Shown piece after piece: positions 1-9,320 of a DNA stretch of 64,000 nucleotides. The position numbers and the translations under genes are program-made. The stretch is from Pseudomonadota bacterium. GTDB lineage: Bacteria > Desulfobacterota > Desulfobacteria > Desulfobacterales > JBDRRP01. The notes under the pieces are model-generated. The model was given only the letters and a program-made list of their open reading frames with translations, made no database searches and was not told where the DNA came from. The stretch spans positions 1-64,000 of the forward strand of contig JBDRRP010000121.1 of the NCBI GenBank assembly GCA_043825735.1. Reading direction: 5' to 3'. Numbering within the stretch: the first letter of the stretch is position 1; every line of letters begins with the position of its first letter.

Positions 1-57
1 GGATTTCAGCACAAAAGGACCCAAGAGACCTAAGGGACCAAAAAGACTTGGCGACCT

Positions 58-160
58 AAACGATCCTAACGATCCCAACGATCCTAACGATCCCAACGAT
101 CCCAACGCCGCTTATTGCCGGACCGCGCCTCCGGCGCCAACCGTGTACCTTGTACCTTGC
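58..160. repeat. Nonamer tandem repeat (AACGATCCY x~5), 20-bp core CGCGCCTCCGGCGCCAACCG (124-143) and heptamer repeat (TGTACCT)
   Basis: Read directly; the same architecture and an identical 20-mer recur at 3877-3896. Confidence 0.85.
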
Positions 161-235
161 ACCGTTTTTCCCTTGCCAGATACAATTAAGAACAGTATAA
201 GAGTGATACAGAAGAACTATTCTAAAGGATATTAT

Positions 236-1015
236 ATGACGCGTCATATTGCCGTTGCCATGGCCAAGGGGGGGGTGGGAAAGACCACCACTTCGGTCAG
301 TCTGGCCCATGGGCTGGCCGCCCTGGGAAACAAGGTCCTGCTGGTGGACTGCGACACGCAGAACCAGGTGAGCCTGTTTCTGGGTATCAAACCCACCCAC
401 GGCCTCTATGAATTTATCACCGGCAAGGATGAGAAGGGGCAGGCGGTGGCCCGGAAGGAAACGCTGTTTTCGGCCCGGCCCAATCTGTGGGTGCTCTCTG
501 GCGGCATCAAACTGGTGGAGCTCAAGAACTGGCTGGGCGAGCAGCCCCGGGATCAGCGCCAGACGATCCTGAGCAATGCGTTCGTCACCAAGGAAGGTGC
601 GCTGGACTTTCTCATTTTCGACTGCGCGCCGGGCTGGGACGTGCTGAGCGTGAACATTCTCATGGCAGCCCGCGAGGTGGTCTGCCCCGTGGCCCTTCAG
701 GCGCCGGCATTCGAAGGGCTGAAGACCTTTTTCAGCTATCTGCTCAGCGCCCAGAAGCTCAACAGCGCACTGCAGCTTCGCTACGTTTTGCCCACCATGT
801 ACGACCGGCGCACGCGTCAATCCGACGCGCTGCTCAAGCAGCTTCACCGCCTGTTCAGGAAACAATACTGCGAGCCGATCCCCTACAACGTCCGCCTGCC
901 CGAAGCCGCCGGCAACGGGAAAACCATTTTCGAGCACGCCCCCGATTCCCCCGGGGCGGCAGGCTATAAAAAAATGCTCAGGAGGGTGATCAATGACGAA
1001 CCAGCAACCATCTGA
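236..1015 (+). CDS. parA: ParA/Soj family ATPase
   Basis: Deviant Walker A KGGVGKTT, LLVDCDTQNQ, DFLIFDCAP, PTMYDRR; ATG at 236 (MTRHIAVAMAK) preferred over 143. Confidence 0.85.
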   Translation: MTRHIAVAMAKGGVGKTTTSVSLAHGLAALGNKVLLVDCDTQNQVSLFLGIKPTHGLYEFITGKDEKGQAVARKETLFSARPNLWVLSGGIKLVELKNWLGEQPRDQRQTILSNAFVTKEGALDFLIFDCAPGWDVLSVNILMAAREVVCPVALQAPAFEGLKTFFSYLLSAQKLNSALQLRYVLPTMYDRRTRQSDALLKQLHRLFRKQYCEPIPYNVRLPEAAGNGKTIFEHAPDSPGAAGYKKMLRRVINDEPATI

Positions 1016-1307
1016 CGCGCCGGATTTCTTTGAATCCTCCCCTATCGACCCGGTCATAACGGCCTCCGGAGGCACCGCCCGAAGCGGCCCCGGCCGGCCC
1101 CCGTCACCGGTGCCCAAGAAAAAGGCCGGCTTTTACCTGTCCAAAGACATCCTCGACCGGTTCGACCGCACCTTTTATACCCTCAAGCTCGCCGGTCACA
1201 CCATCGAAAACAAGTCCGCGCTGCTGGAGGCGGCGCTGGTTTTCGCCCTGGACGATGTGGATCGCAAGGACGCCAGTGAAATTTTAGGGCGGTTGGCATC
1301 GGGGTGA
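993..1307 (+). CDS. Small ParA-associated protein, probable ribbon-helix-helix (ParG-like) partner
   Basis: Overlaps parA stop; Pro/Gly-rich N-terminus, then KKKAGFYLSKDILDRFD...NKSALLEAAL strand-helix-helix pattern. Confidence 0.55.
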   Translation: MTNQQPSDAPDFFESSPIDPVITASGGTARSGPGRPPSPVPKKKAGFYLSKDILDRFDRTFYTLKLAGHTIENKSALLEAALVFALDDVDRKDASEILGRLASG

Positions 1308-1328
1308 TAGGGCTGAACTGCGCGAGAT

Positions 1329-1850
1329 TCACCACGAAGTTCACGAAGGACACGAAGAAAGAGACTCTGGACTACAGAGCTCGCAGAGGGCCGCAGAGAA
1401 ACAGTGTATTGTTTTGGGTTATCTCCGTGTTCTCTGTGTTCTCTGTGGTAATTTTGTATTTCGAACCGATCAAATTCCATTGTTCTGCGAAAAGTTCCCC
1501 GGCCGTCATGCCGGGCTTGATCCGGCATCCAGCAGTGCCGCCGGCTGTAAGCCGGTACTCGAGAATACCTGGCTTCAGGATGAATCCGGATACAAGAAGA
1601 ATTTGAAATCACTGGATCCCGGCCTTCGCCGGGATGACGGAAAAAAGGGAAAATTCGCATATTCACGAGGTCATCAAAGTCCGTGTCCTCTTGTCAAAAC
1701 AACCCGTTCGGGTTACATGGAGGCCGGTTTTGCGGGATCCCGGCCTCCCACCTTCGCTCTACGAGCTTCGGCGGACAGGTCGCCGGGATGACAGAAAATA
1801 CACTGTGTTTTTTTGGTTTATCTCTGCGCTCTCTGTGTCCTCTGTGGTGA
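1329..1850. repeat. Composite intergenic repeat region (9-nt periodic arms, REP-like GTCATGCCGGG...CCGGGATGAC hairpins, MITE-like ends)
   Basis: CACGAAG x3 (1329-1358), CAGAG/CTCTG inverted arms (1371-1449), REP-like hairpins 1505-1638 and 1735-1792, CTCTG arm 1821-1850. Confidence 0.8.
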
Positions 1851-1909
1851 TATCGATTTTTATGGAAAAATTGGTTGAAAATGACATACGGAAAGGTCAC
1901 TGAATTATC

Positions 1910-2791
1910 ATGAAAGGCATCATTCTAGCCGGGGGATCGGGCACGCGGCTGTATCCGATTTCAAAGGTGGTCAGCAAGCAGCTGTTGCCGGTCTACGACA
2001 AGCCCATGATCTATCATCCCCTGTCGGTGCTCATGCAGGCCGAGATCCGGGATGTGCTGATCATCTCCACCCCCCACGACCTGCCGCTCTTTGAAAAGCT
2101 CCTGGAAGACGGCCACCAGTGGGGGTTGAATTTCAGCTACGCCGAGCAGCCCCGCCCCGAAGGGCTGGCCCAGGCCTTTATCATCGGCAAATCCTTCATC
2201 GGAAAAGACAACGTCTGCCTCGTCTTGGGAGACAATATCTTCTACGGACACGGGCTGACCGAAAAACTCATGAGCGCCCGGAACCGAAACGCCGGCGCCA
2301 CGGTTTTCGGTTACTGGGTAAAAGACCCCCAGCGATACGGCGTGGTTGAATTCGATTCCTCCGGCCAGGCCGTGAGTATCGAGGAAAAGCCGACAAAACC
2401 CAAATCCAACTACGCGGTCACCGGCCTCTATTTTTACGACAACCAGGTGGTGGACATCGCAGCCGGCCTGAAGCCCTCCCCCCGCGGAGAGCTCGAGATC
2501 ACCGACGTGAATCTGGCTTATCTTCGCAGGGAGCAGCTCCAGGTGGAACTCATGGGCCGCGGCATCGCCTGGCTCGACACCGGGACCCACGAAAGCCTCA
2601 TGCAGGCGGCCAGTTTCATCGAAGTCATCCAGAACCGGCAGGGGCTCAAGGTCGCCTGCGTGGAAGAAATCGCCTACCGGCAAGGCTATATCGGCGCCGA
2701 GCAGATCCGAAAACTGGCTGCGCCCATGGCCAAAAACAGCTACGGCCAATACCTGATGGGTCTTTTGACCTATGAAAGCCCGCGGTCATGA
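1910..2791 (+). CDS. rfbA: Glucose-1-phosphate thymidylyltransferase
   Basis: [48 protein letters not shown]. Confidence 0.97.
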   Translation: MKGIILAGGSGTRLYPISKVVSKQLLPVYDKPMIYHPLSVLMQAEIRDVLIISTPHDLPLFEKLLEDGHQWGLNFSYAEQPRPEGLAQAFIIGKSFIGKDNVCLVLGDNIFYGHGLTEKLMSARNRNAGATVFGYWVKDPQRYGVVEFDSSGQAVSIEEKPTKPKSNYAVTGLYFYDNQVVDIAAGLKPSPRGELEITDVNLAYLRREQLQVELMGRGIAWLDTGTHESLMQAASFIEVIQNRQGLKVACVEEIAYRQGYIGAEQIRKLAAPMAKNSYGQYLMGLLTYESPRS

Positions 2792-3345
2792 AAATTACCC
2801 CCACTGATATCAACGGCCTGCTGGTGGTCACCCCAAGGATCTTCCCCGACAAGCGGGGGCGCTTTCTGGAAACCTTTCAGGCCGAGCGCTATGCCGACGC
2901 AGGCATTGCCGGACCGTTTGTCCAGGACAACATGTCCCGTTCGGTGCGCGGCACCCTGCGCGGACTGCATTTTCAGATCCGGCGCCCCCAGGCCAAACTC
3001 GTTCACGTAATCCAGGGAAAGATCTTCGATGTCGCCGTTGACCTGCGCCCGGGATCACCCACCTTTAAAAAGTATGTGGGCGTGACGCTTTCGGGCGAGG
3101 ACCACTGCCAGCTCTTTATCCCGGAAGGCTTCGCCCACGGGTTTTGCGTCCTGAGCGATGAGGCGATCTTCGCCTACAAATGCACGGATTACTACGCACC
3201 TGCCGACGAGGGGGGGGTGCTCTGGTCGGATCCGGATATCGGCATCGCGTGGCCTCTTGCCGATCCCATCGTCTCGGAAAAGGATGCGGCGTTGCCGCGG
3301 TTGAAGGATTTGTCGCCGGAGCTACTGCCGGGAAAGGCCAGATGA
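2788..3345 (+). CDS. rfbC: dTDP-4-dehydrorhamnose 3,5-epimerase
   Basis: [46 protein letters not shown] overlap with rfbA. Confidence 0.97.
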   Translation: MKITPTDINGLLVVTPRIFPDKRGRFLETFQAERYADAGIAGPFVQDNMSRSVRGTLRGLHFQIRRPQAKLVHVIQGKIFDVAVDLRPGSPTFKKYVGVTLSGEDHCQLFIPEGFAHGFCVLSDEAIFAYKCTDYYAPADEGGVLWSDPDIGIAWPLADPIVSEKDAALPRLKDLSPELLPGKAR

Positions 3346-3935
3346 CAGAGGACAGAGGACAGAGGACAGCAACTGCGAAGAGGGTTGTCCACAGATTGCG
3401 CCTACACGGCTTTAAATGCGACACAGATTTTCACAGATTAAGGGCAAAAGGGGCGGCCTTTGGCCGAAGGGCAACAGCGAAGAATAATTGGACGCAGATC
3501 CTCCTTCGCCAAGGCTACGGCGGACAGGTGAACGCGATAAACGCTGAAAAAGAAGAAGGGCAGCTGCGCCGCAACTGCAACAGCAACTGCTGAATTAACC
3601 GCGGATTACGCAGATAGCGCAGATGGACGGCCTACGGCCGGAAAACGAAAATCAAAAGCAAAGCTATTTGACAGGATTTACAGGATAAACAGGATAAAGG
3701 CGGCCTACGGCCAATCAGTCCGATCCGACCAAACAACCTAAACGATCCAAACGATCCTAACGCTCATAACGATCTTAACGCTCATAACGATCTTAACGAT
3801 CTTAACGATCCTAACGCTCTTAACGATCCTAACGCTCCTAACGGGCTAAACGATCAAAACGCGTCGGCGGCCTGAACGCGCCTCCGGCGCCAACCGCGCT
3901 TCACTTTTCACTATTTACTTTTCACTATTTACTTT
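3344..3935. repeat. Stack of short periodic repeat modules between rfbC and rfbD
   Basis: GACAGAG heptamers, CACAGATT/CGCAGAT/ACAGGAT nonamer arms, GGCCTWYGGCC hairpins, AACGMTCHT nonamer x~13, TYACTWT heptamers. Confidence 0.85.
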
Positions 3936-3951
3936 TTACCGGGAGCCCTCC

Positions 3952-4851
3952 ATGTCCCTACTTCTCACCGGCGCTTACGGACAACTAGGCAAGGAAATCA
4001 TCCGGCAGGCGCCGGGAGCCGGGATATCGGTCATCGCCACGGATATCGATACGGTGGACATCACCGATGCGGATGCTGTGGCAGGGCTCATGGATCTTCA
4101 CCGGCCACGCATCTGCGTCAACGCTGCGGCTTACACCCAGGTGGACCGCGCCGAGACCCAACCGGACGCGGCCTTTGCCGTCAACCGGGACGGCCCGCTG
4201 ATTCTGGCCCGACACTGCCGGCGCGTGGGCATTCCCCTGATCCATATCTCAACGGATTTCGTCTTCGACGGAACGCTGGGTCGCCCCTATGAAGAGACGG
4301 ACACCCCCTGCCCCGTGAGTGTCTACGGCGGAAGTAAAGCCGCCGGGGACGCCGCCGTGCAGGAGACGCTGCCGGAGCACATCATCCTTCGCACCGCCTG
4401 GCTCTACGGCACCGACGGCCCCAGTTTCGTCCACACCATGCTGCGACTGGCCGGAGAAAAAGAGCGCCTTGCCGTGGTAGACGACCAGGTGGGCTCTCCC
4501 ACGGCCGCCGAAAACCTGGCCCGGGCCGTGATCACCCTGGCCGGGCGGCACCTTGCTGGCAGATCATCCATGCCCTGGGGCATATTCAATATGACCGACG
4601 GCGGTGCCGTGTCCTGGTGCGAGTTTGCCCGGACCATCATTGCCAGCGCCGCGCGTCTGGGCATGGTAAAAAACATTCCGGTGGACCCCATTTCCACGGC
4701 TGAATTTGGTGCGCCCGCTAGGCGCCCCGCCTATTCAGTGCTGAACTGCCGCCGAATCACAGAGGTCTATGGCATCGGACAAGAGCCGTGGGAAACCGCT
4801 CTGGAAAGAACCCTTTCGCGCATCGCCGCCAACGGCGCCGCCCCGCCATGA
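3952..4851 (+). CDS. rfbD: dTDP-4-dehydrorhamnose reductase
   Basis: LLTGAYGQLG, NAAAYTQVDRAE, ISTDFVFDG, YGGSK, DQVGSPT, ARRPAYSVL. Confidence 0.95.
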   Translation: MSLLLTGAYGQLGKEIIRQAPGAGISVIATDIDTVDITDADAVAGLMDLHRPRICVNAAAYTQVDRAETQPDAAFAVNRDGPLILARHCRRVGIPLIHISTDFVFDGTLGRPYEETDTPCPVSVYGGSKAAGDAAVQETLPEHIILRTAWLYGTDGPSFVHTMLRLAGEKERLAVVDDQVGSPTAAENLARAVITLAGRHLAGRSSMPWGIFNMTDGGAVSWCEFARTIIASAARLGMVKNIPVDPISTAEFGAPARRPAYSVLNCRRITEVYGIGQEPWETALERTLSRIAANGAAPP

Positions 4852-6110
4852 CCACCGCCCCACCACCCGAGCGCCGCGGCCCAGTGGAGCTGCTGGCGCC
4901 GGCCGGCAATTTCGAAAAACTGGAAGTGGCCATCCACTACGGCGCCGATGCGGTCTACCTGGCCGGCCGGGATTTCAGCCTGCGCAGCTACGCCGACAAC
5001 TTCACCCCCGAGGAACTGGACCGGGCCATCCGGCTGGGCCACGCCATGGGCATCCGCCTTTACGTGACGTGCAACACCTTTCCCCGAGACGCGGAGATGC
5101 CCGCACTGCGCTCGTTTTTAAGCGCTCTGGGCGACATGAAACCCGATGCGGTCATCGTGGCTGATCCGGGCGTCGCCCTGATGGCCCGGCAGCTCATCCC
5201 GCACATTCCGCTTCATATCAGCACGCAGGCCAACACCACCCACGCCGCCAGCGCCGATTTTTGGCACCGTTTCGGCGCCAGCCGAGTGAATGCGGCGCGA
5301 GAGCTTGGCCTTGACGCGCTCGCCGCGCTTGTGGCGGCATCTCCCATCGAAGTGGAAGCCTTTGTTCACGGAGCACTGTGCATCTCCTACAGCGGGCGAT
5401 GCCTGCTGAGCAGTTTCATGGCACACCGCGACGGCAACCGGGGCCAGTGCGCCCAGCCCTGCCGGTGGGAATACGCCCTGGTGGAGGCGACACGCCCGGG
5501 CCGGTACATGCCGGTGACCCAGGACTCGCGGGGCACCTATATCTTCAATTCCCGGGACCTTTGCATGATCGCGCATCTGCCCGCACTGCTGGCTACGGGC
5601 GTGCGCACCCTTAAAATCGAAGGCCGCATGAAGGGCGTCCACTACCTGGCGACGGTCGTCAAAACGTACCGGGAAGCGATCGATGCCGCCATGGCCGGCG
5701 GCGACCCGTCACCGAGCCTGCCCCGCTGGGAACGGGAACTGTCGCGGATCAACACCCGGGGCTATTGCACAGGATTTTACCTCGGCGCGCCGGAAAGCCC
5801 GCCGTCAGAGGGCATCACGGATCACTATGCCGAAGGATACCGATTTGCCGGTCAGGTGGTGGCTTGCCCGGCGCCGGAATGGGTGCGGGTGGCGGTGAAA
5901 AACCGGATCCAGTCCGGGGACCGGCTGGAAATTCTCCGCCCCCGCGGCGAAAGCCGATCCGAGATCATCACCCGGCTGCAAGGCGTGGACGGGGCAGCGC
6001 TCACCTGCGCCCAGGCTGGAACGATAGTGGATATCCAGACGACGCTGGCCGCAGATAAGATGGATCTTATTCGTGTGCGTGCGGATCCAGAAGCGCCAGC
6101 GCCCGCTTAA
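4848..6110 (+). CDS. U32 peptidase family protein (TrhP/YegQ-like Fe-S RNA hydroxylation family)
   Basis: ELLAPAG, GADAVY, HISTQAN, HGALCISYSGRCLLS, NRGQCAQPCR, LKIEGRMK; ATG 4848 overlaps rfbD stop. Confidence 0.88.
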   Translation: MTTAPPPERRGPVELLAPAGNFEKLEVAIHYGADAVYLAGRDFSLRSYADNFTPEELDRAIRLGHAMGIRLYVTCNTFPRDAEMPALRSFLSALGDMKPDAVIVADPGVALMARQLIPHIPLHISTQANTTHAASADFWHRFGASRVNAARELGLDALAALVAASPIEVEAFVHGALCISYSGRCLLSSFMAHRDGNRGQCAQPCRWEYALVEATRPGRYMPVTQDSRGTYIFNSRDLCMIAHLPALLATGVRTLKIEGRMKGVHYLATVVKTYREAIDAAMAGGDPSPSLPRWERELSRINTRGYCTGFYLGAPESPPSEGITDHYAEGYRFAGQVVACPAPEWVRVAVKNRIQSGDRLEILRPRGESRSEIITRLQGVDGAALTCAQAGTIVDIQTTLAADKMDLIRVRADPEAPAPA

Positions 6111-6363
6111 AGGCGGCGCTGGTGTCAGCCGTAATCCGGGCGGCGGTTTCCAACTCGGCGGCCACTTCGGAAAACCCCTCATCGACGGCTTTTTTCGCCC
6201 AGTCCCGGAAGTTGGCCGCGTGCTCGTCGTTATGGCGGATCCAGTGGGTCACCAGTTTGATCATTTTCTGGTCAAATGTTAACGTGTCGCCCGATGCGGG
6301 GTGATGATGGTCGTGGTCATGTTCGTGCTCGTGGGGGTGATCATGGTCATGATGGTGGCTCAT
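6067..6363 (-). CDS. His-rich small helical protein, putative metal-binding protein or chaperone
   Basis: N-terminal HHHDHDHPHEHEHDHDHHH tract, then KLVTHWIRHNDEHAANFRDWA helical domain; SD AAGGAG upstream. Confidence 0.7.
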   Translation of the reverse strand: MSHHHDHDHPHEHEHDHDHHHPASGDTLTFDQKMIKLVTHWIRHNDEHAANFRDWAKKAVDEGFSEVAAELETAARITADTSAAFKRALALLDPHAHE

Positions 6364-6426
6364 GGGATTCTCCTTGGTCTCGTGATTTTGGAAAAATCAG
6401 CACCGCGATTGAGCGAAGCCTGAATA

Positions 6427-6700
6427 TTGATGACCCTGTAACAATTCGGAATCTCTCGCTAAGCCGCAAAGATCGCAAAGTTAACGCATTGATGGTAATG
6501 ATGCTTTTCTTGGCGTACTTGGCGCCTTTGCGAGAGAATTGCTTTTTTACTGCGCTACCAGCAGTGATTGAGGCAAATCGGATTTGAGTCCTAATTTAGC
6601 CTGACTGCCGATTTTTAGTATTTTATCCATGAAATTCTCTGCGTCTTTGCGCCTCCTTGTCAGGGCGTAACTCGCAGAGCGAAACCTGATGCGCGAGAAC
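6427..6700. repeat. MITE-like element with CGCAAAG/CTTTGCG 9-nt arms, plus a second partial arm
   Basis: TTGATGACCCTGTAACAATTCGGAATCTCTCGC...CTTTGCGAGAGAATTGCTTTTTTAC parallels 57328-57501 and 59122-59175. Confidence 0.7.
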
Positions 6701-6784
6701 GGGCTTTAGGTTGCGGCCAACTTAATCACCACCGGGTGCGTTCGTCAACACCGCCCCCCCTGATATCGACAGGTTCCCTCGCCC

Positions 6785-8764
6785 ATGCGCCAGAGCGGAC
6801 ACCATAGCGGCAAGTGGCTGATCGCGGTCATCGTCGCATCCGCCGTGGCCGCGGGCATCACCGCCGGCGCGAGTGTGGCGCTCTTTCGGGACCTGCCCCA
6901 GATTCGCGGGCTGGAGCACTTCTCACCCGACGCCATCACCCGGATCTACAGCGCCGAAGGCCAACTCCTGGCCGAGCTTTACGCCGAGCACCGCCAGCCC
7001 GTTGGGTTCAAGGATATCCCCGCCCCGCTCATCGCCGCGCTGGTGGCCACCGAAGATCGTCAGTTTTACCAGCACGGCGGGGTGGATCTCAAAGGCATCG
7101 CCCGCGCACTCGTGAAAGACATCCTGGCCGGCGAATTCATCGAAGGGGCGAGCACCATCACTCAGCAGCTCTCAAAAACGCTGTTTCTCACCCCCGAGAA
7201 AAACTTGATGCGAAAGCTCAGGGAAGCGGTGCTGTCTTTGCAGATCGAGCGGCGCTACACGAAAAACGAAATCATCACCCTTTATCTCAACCAGGTGTAT
7301 TTCGGCTCGGGGGCTTATGGTATTGCGGCCGCGGCCGGCACTTTTTTCGGAAAATCCGTGGAGGCCCTCACCCTGGCAGAATGCGCCCTTATTGCGGGGA
7401 TGCCCAAGGCGCCATCGGTCTATACCCCCTTAGTGAACCCCGCCCTGGCCGTGAAGCGGCGGAACATGGTGTTGCGCCAGATGGTCGACACCGGCGCCAT
7501 CACTACCGAAGCCTATCAGCAGGCCGCTGTCGAACCGCTGACCCTGGGCAAACGCCAGCGCCCCGATTCCATTGCCCCCTATTTCATCGATTTCATTCGC
7601 CCCGCCCTGGAGTCTGCCGTAGGCACCAGCGCCATGTATAGCAGCGGGATGAGTGTTCACACCACCATTCAGTCGAAGCTTCAAAAAGCGGCCAATACCG
7701 CCGTGCAGGCAGGGCTGGCGGAGCTCGCCGAGCGCATGCGCCGCAACCGGGTGCCAAGCGCCGAGCCCCAGGCCGCCCTGGTAGCCCTCAATGTTCCCAC
7801 CGGTGCAGTGATTGCCATGGTCGGCGGGACGGACTACGCGCAAAGTTCTTACAATCGGGCAACGGTCGCCCAACGGCAGCCGGGCTCGGCATTCAAACCC
7901 ATCCTATACGCGTATGCGATCTCCCAGGGCTATCCGCAGAACACCCTGCTCCTGGACGCCCCGGTCGCCTATGACCACGGTGTGGGAGATACCACCTGGC
8001 TGCCGGACAATTTCTCCACGGGTGTATTTGAAGGAGACATCACCTTTCGATGGGCGCTGGCCAAATCAAAAAATATCCCGGCAGTGCGGTTGATGGATAT
8101 CATGGGGCCCTCAGCCGTGGCCGATTTTGCGCGGCGCCTGGGAATACAATCTCCGCTGCGGGCCAACCTCTCGCTGGCCCTGGGCACTTCCGAGGCGACC
8201 CTGCTGGATCTGACCACCGCCTACACGGTGTTTGCCAGTGGCGGCAAGCACGTAACCCCTTACGGCATCACGTCCATCACCGATCGGGACGGTCGCACCC
8301 TGTGGCAGGGCCGCCCACAGAGCTACCCGGTGCTGGACCGGTTGTCAGCGGCTGTCGTCACCGACATGCTGTCCGGGGTGATCTCAGAGGGCACCGGCCA
8401 GCGCGCTGCCGGGCTGGGGCGCCCGCTCGCCGGAAAAACAGGCACCACCAACGACTACCGCGATGCCCTGTTTGTGGGATTCAGCCCCGCCACGACGGTG
8501 GGCGTCTGGGTGGGTCAGGACGACAATACCGCCCTGGGACCTTATGAAACCGGTGCCAAGGCAGCGCTGCCGATCTGGACGGCATTCATGGCCGCCGTAC
8601 TGGAGACCGAGCCTGTGGGCTACTTCGATGTCCCGGACGGCACCACCCACATCAGCATTGATCCGGTAACCGGCGTGAAACGGCCCGATGGCGCCGTTGG
8701 CAGCGTCCGCGCGCTCTTTCGCACCGCCGATCTGGGCAAAGCATTCCCGCCGCCGCATCCTTGA
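6785..8764 (+). CDS. Class A penicillin-binding protein (PBP1A family, transglycosylase/transpeptidase)
   Basis: ATEDRQFYQHGGVD, GASTITQQL, RKLRE, YLNQVYFG, RQPGSAFKP (SxxK), SKN (SxN), KTGT. Confidence 0.93.
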   Translation: MRQSGHHSGKWLIAVIVASAVAAGITAGASVALFRDLPQIRGLEHFSPDAITRIYSAEGQLLAELYAEHRQPVGFKDIPAPLIAALVATEDRQFYQHGGVDLKGIARALVKDILAGEFIEGASTITQQLSKTLFLTPEKNLMRKLREAVLSLQIERRYTKNEIITLYLNQVYFGSGAYGIAAAAGTFFGKSVEALTLAECALIAGMPKAPSVYTPLVNPALAVKRRNMVLRQMVDTGAITTEAYQQAAVEPLTLGKRQRPDSIAPYFIDFIRPALESAVGTSAMYSSGMSVHTTIQSKLQKAANTAVQAGLAELAERMRRNRVPSAEPQAALVALNVPTGAVIAMVGGTDYAQSSYNRATVAQRQPGSAFKPILYAYAISQGYPQNTLLLDAPVAYDHGVGDTTWLPDNFSTGVFEGDITFRWALAKSKNIPAVRLMDIMGPSAVADFARRLGIQSPLRANLSLALGTSEATLLDLTTAYTVFASGGKHVTPYGITSITDRDGRTLWQGRPQSYPVLDRLSAAVVTDMLSGVISEGTGQRAAGLGRPLAGKTGTTNDYRDALFVGFSPATTVGVWVGQDDNTALGPYETGAKAALPIWTAFMAAVLETEPVGYFDVPDGTTHISIDPVTGVKRPDGAVGSVRALFRTADLGKAFPPPHP

Positions 8765-8774
8765 AAAAACGATT

Positions 8775-9155
8775 TCACCACGGAGTTCACGGAGAACACG
8801 GAGAAAAACAGAACTGATAGCGTACCTGTCAGAATAATGTTCCGTTTGATCCCCAAGATCCAATCGGGGTCGGGATCGAAATCGGGATCGAAATCGATGT
8901 CTTCCGCGGTCGATACCGATAGCGATTTCGATTTCGATGCTCACACGGCGTTGTTGCCCAAATGGAACGTATTAATTTCGGTCGTCATACCGGGCTCGAT
9001 CCGGTATCCAGCGCTGCGGCGGCCTGGTTCCCGGCCTTCGCCGGGATGACAAGAGAACCCAGAACCGACACCCTCCGTTGCCCTTCGGTCGTCATGCCGG
9101 GCTCGATCCGGCATCCAGCGCTGCGGCAGTCTGGTTCCCGGCCTTCGCCGGATGT
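8775..9155. repeat. Composite intergenic repeats: CACGGAG nonamer arm, hexamer (RATCGR) inverted arms, two REP-like units
   Basis: CACGGAG x3 at 8779-8803; ATCGRR/CGATT hexamers 8862-8938; near-identical units TTCGGTCGTCATRCCGGGCTCGATCCGGYATCCAGCGCTGCGGC..CTGGTTCCCGGCCTTCGCCGG at ~8977 and ~9084. Confidence 0.85.
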
Positions 9156-9195
9156 TCCATATATCGAAAAATCAGTTTTTTGATTTTTCGATTTG

Positions 9196-9224
9196 TTGAC
9201 TTCTTTCGCGCGGTAGCCTATTAA
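9196..9224 (+). promoter_or_regulatory. Putative sigma70-type promoter for the CHASE2 cyclase operon
   Basis: TTGACT-17 nt-TATTAA about 100 nt upstream of ATG 9321. Confidence 0.3.
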
Positions 9225-9320
9225 AATGATAGATCATTCGATAAGTTACGGCCATCAGCGCGCTCCGGGGCCAAAGGAGCCGCCGCCATTCACCACCCTG
9301 GAGATTTCAGCGGAGGCCCG

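Noticed and set aside
58..110. Nonamer repeats as the parS centromere for the adjacent ParA
   Set aside because: The same repeat and core occur at 3736-3896 within the rfb operon, so they belong to a dispersed repeat family
1196..1903. Several short ORFs with SVFSVFSVV-type sequences
   Set aside because: Translations of the intergenic 9-nt repeats and REP-like hairpins
3736..3862. Tandem repeats as a possible CRISPR array
   Set aside because: 9-nt contiguous units with no unique spacers and no cas genes
1910..4851. Missing rfbB as evidence of a broken rhamnose pathway
   Set aside because: rfbB is often encoded elsewhere; cannot be judged from this window
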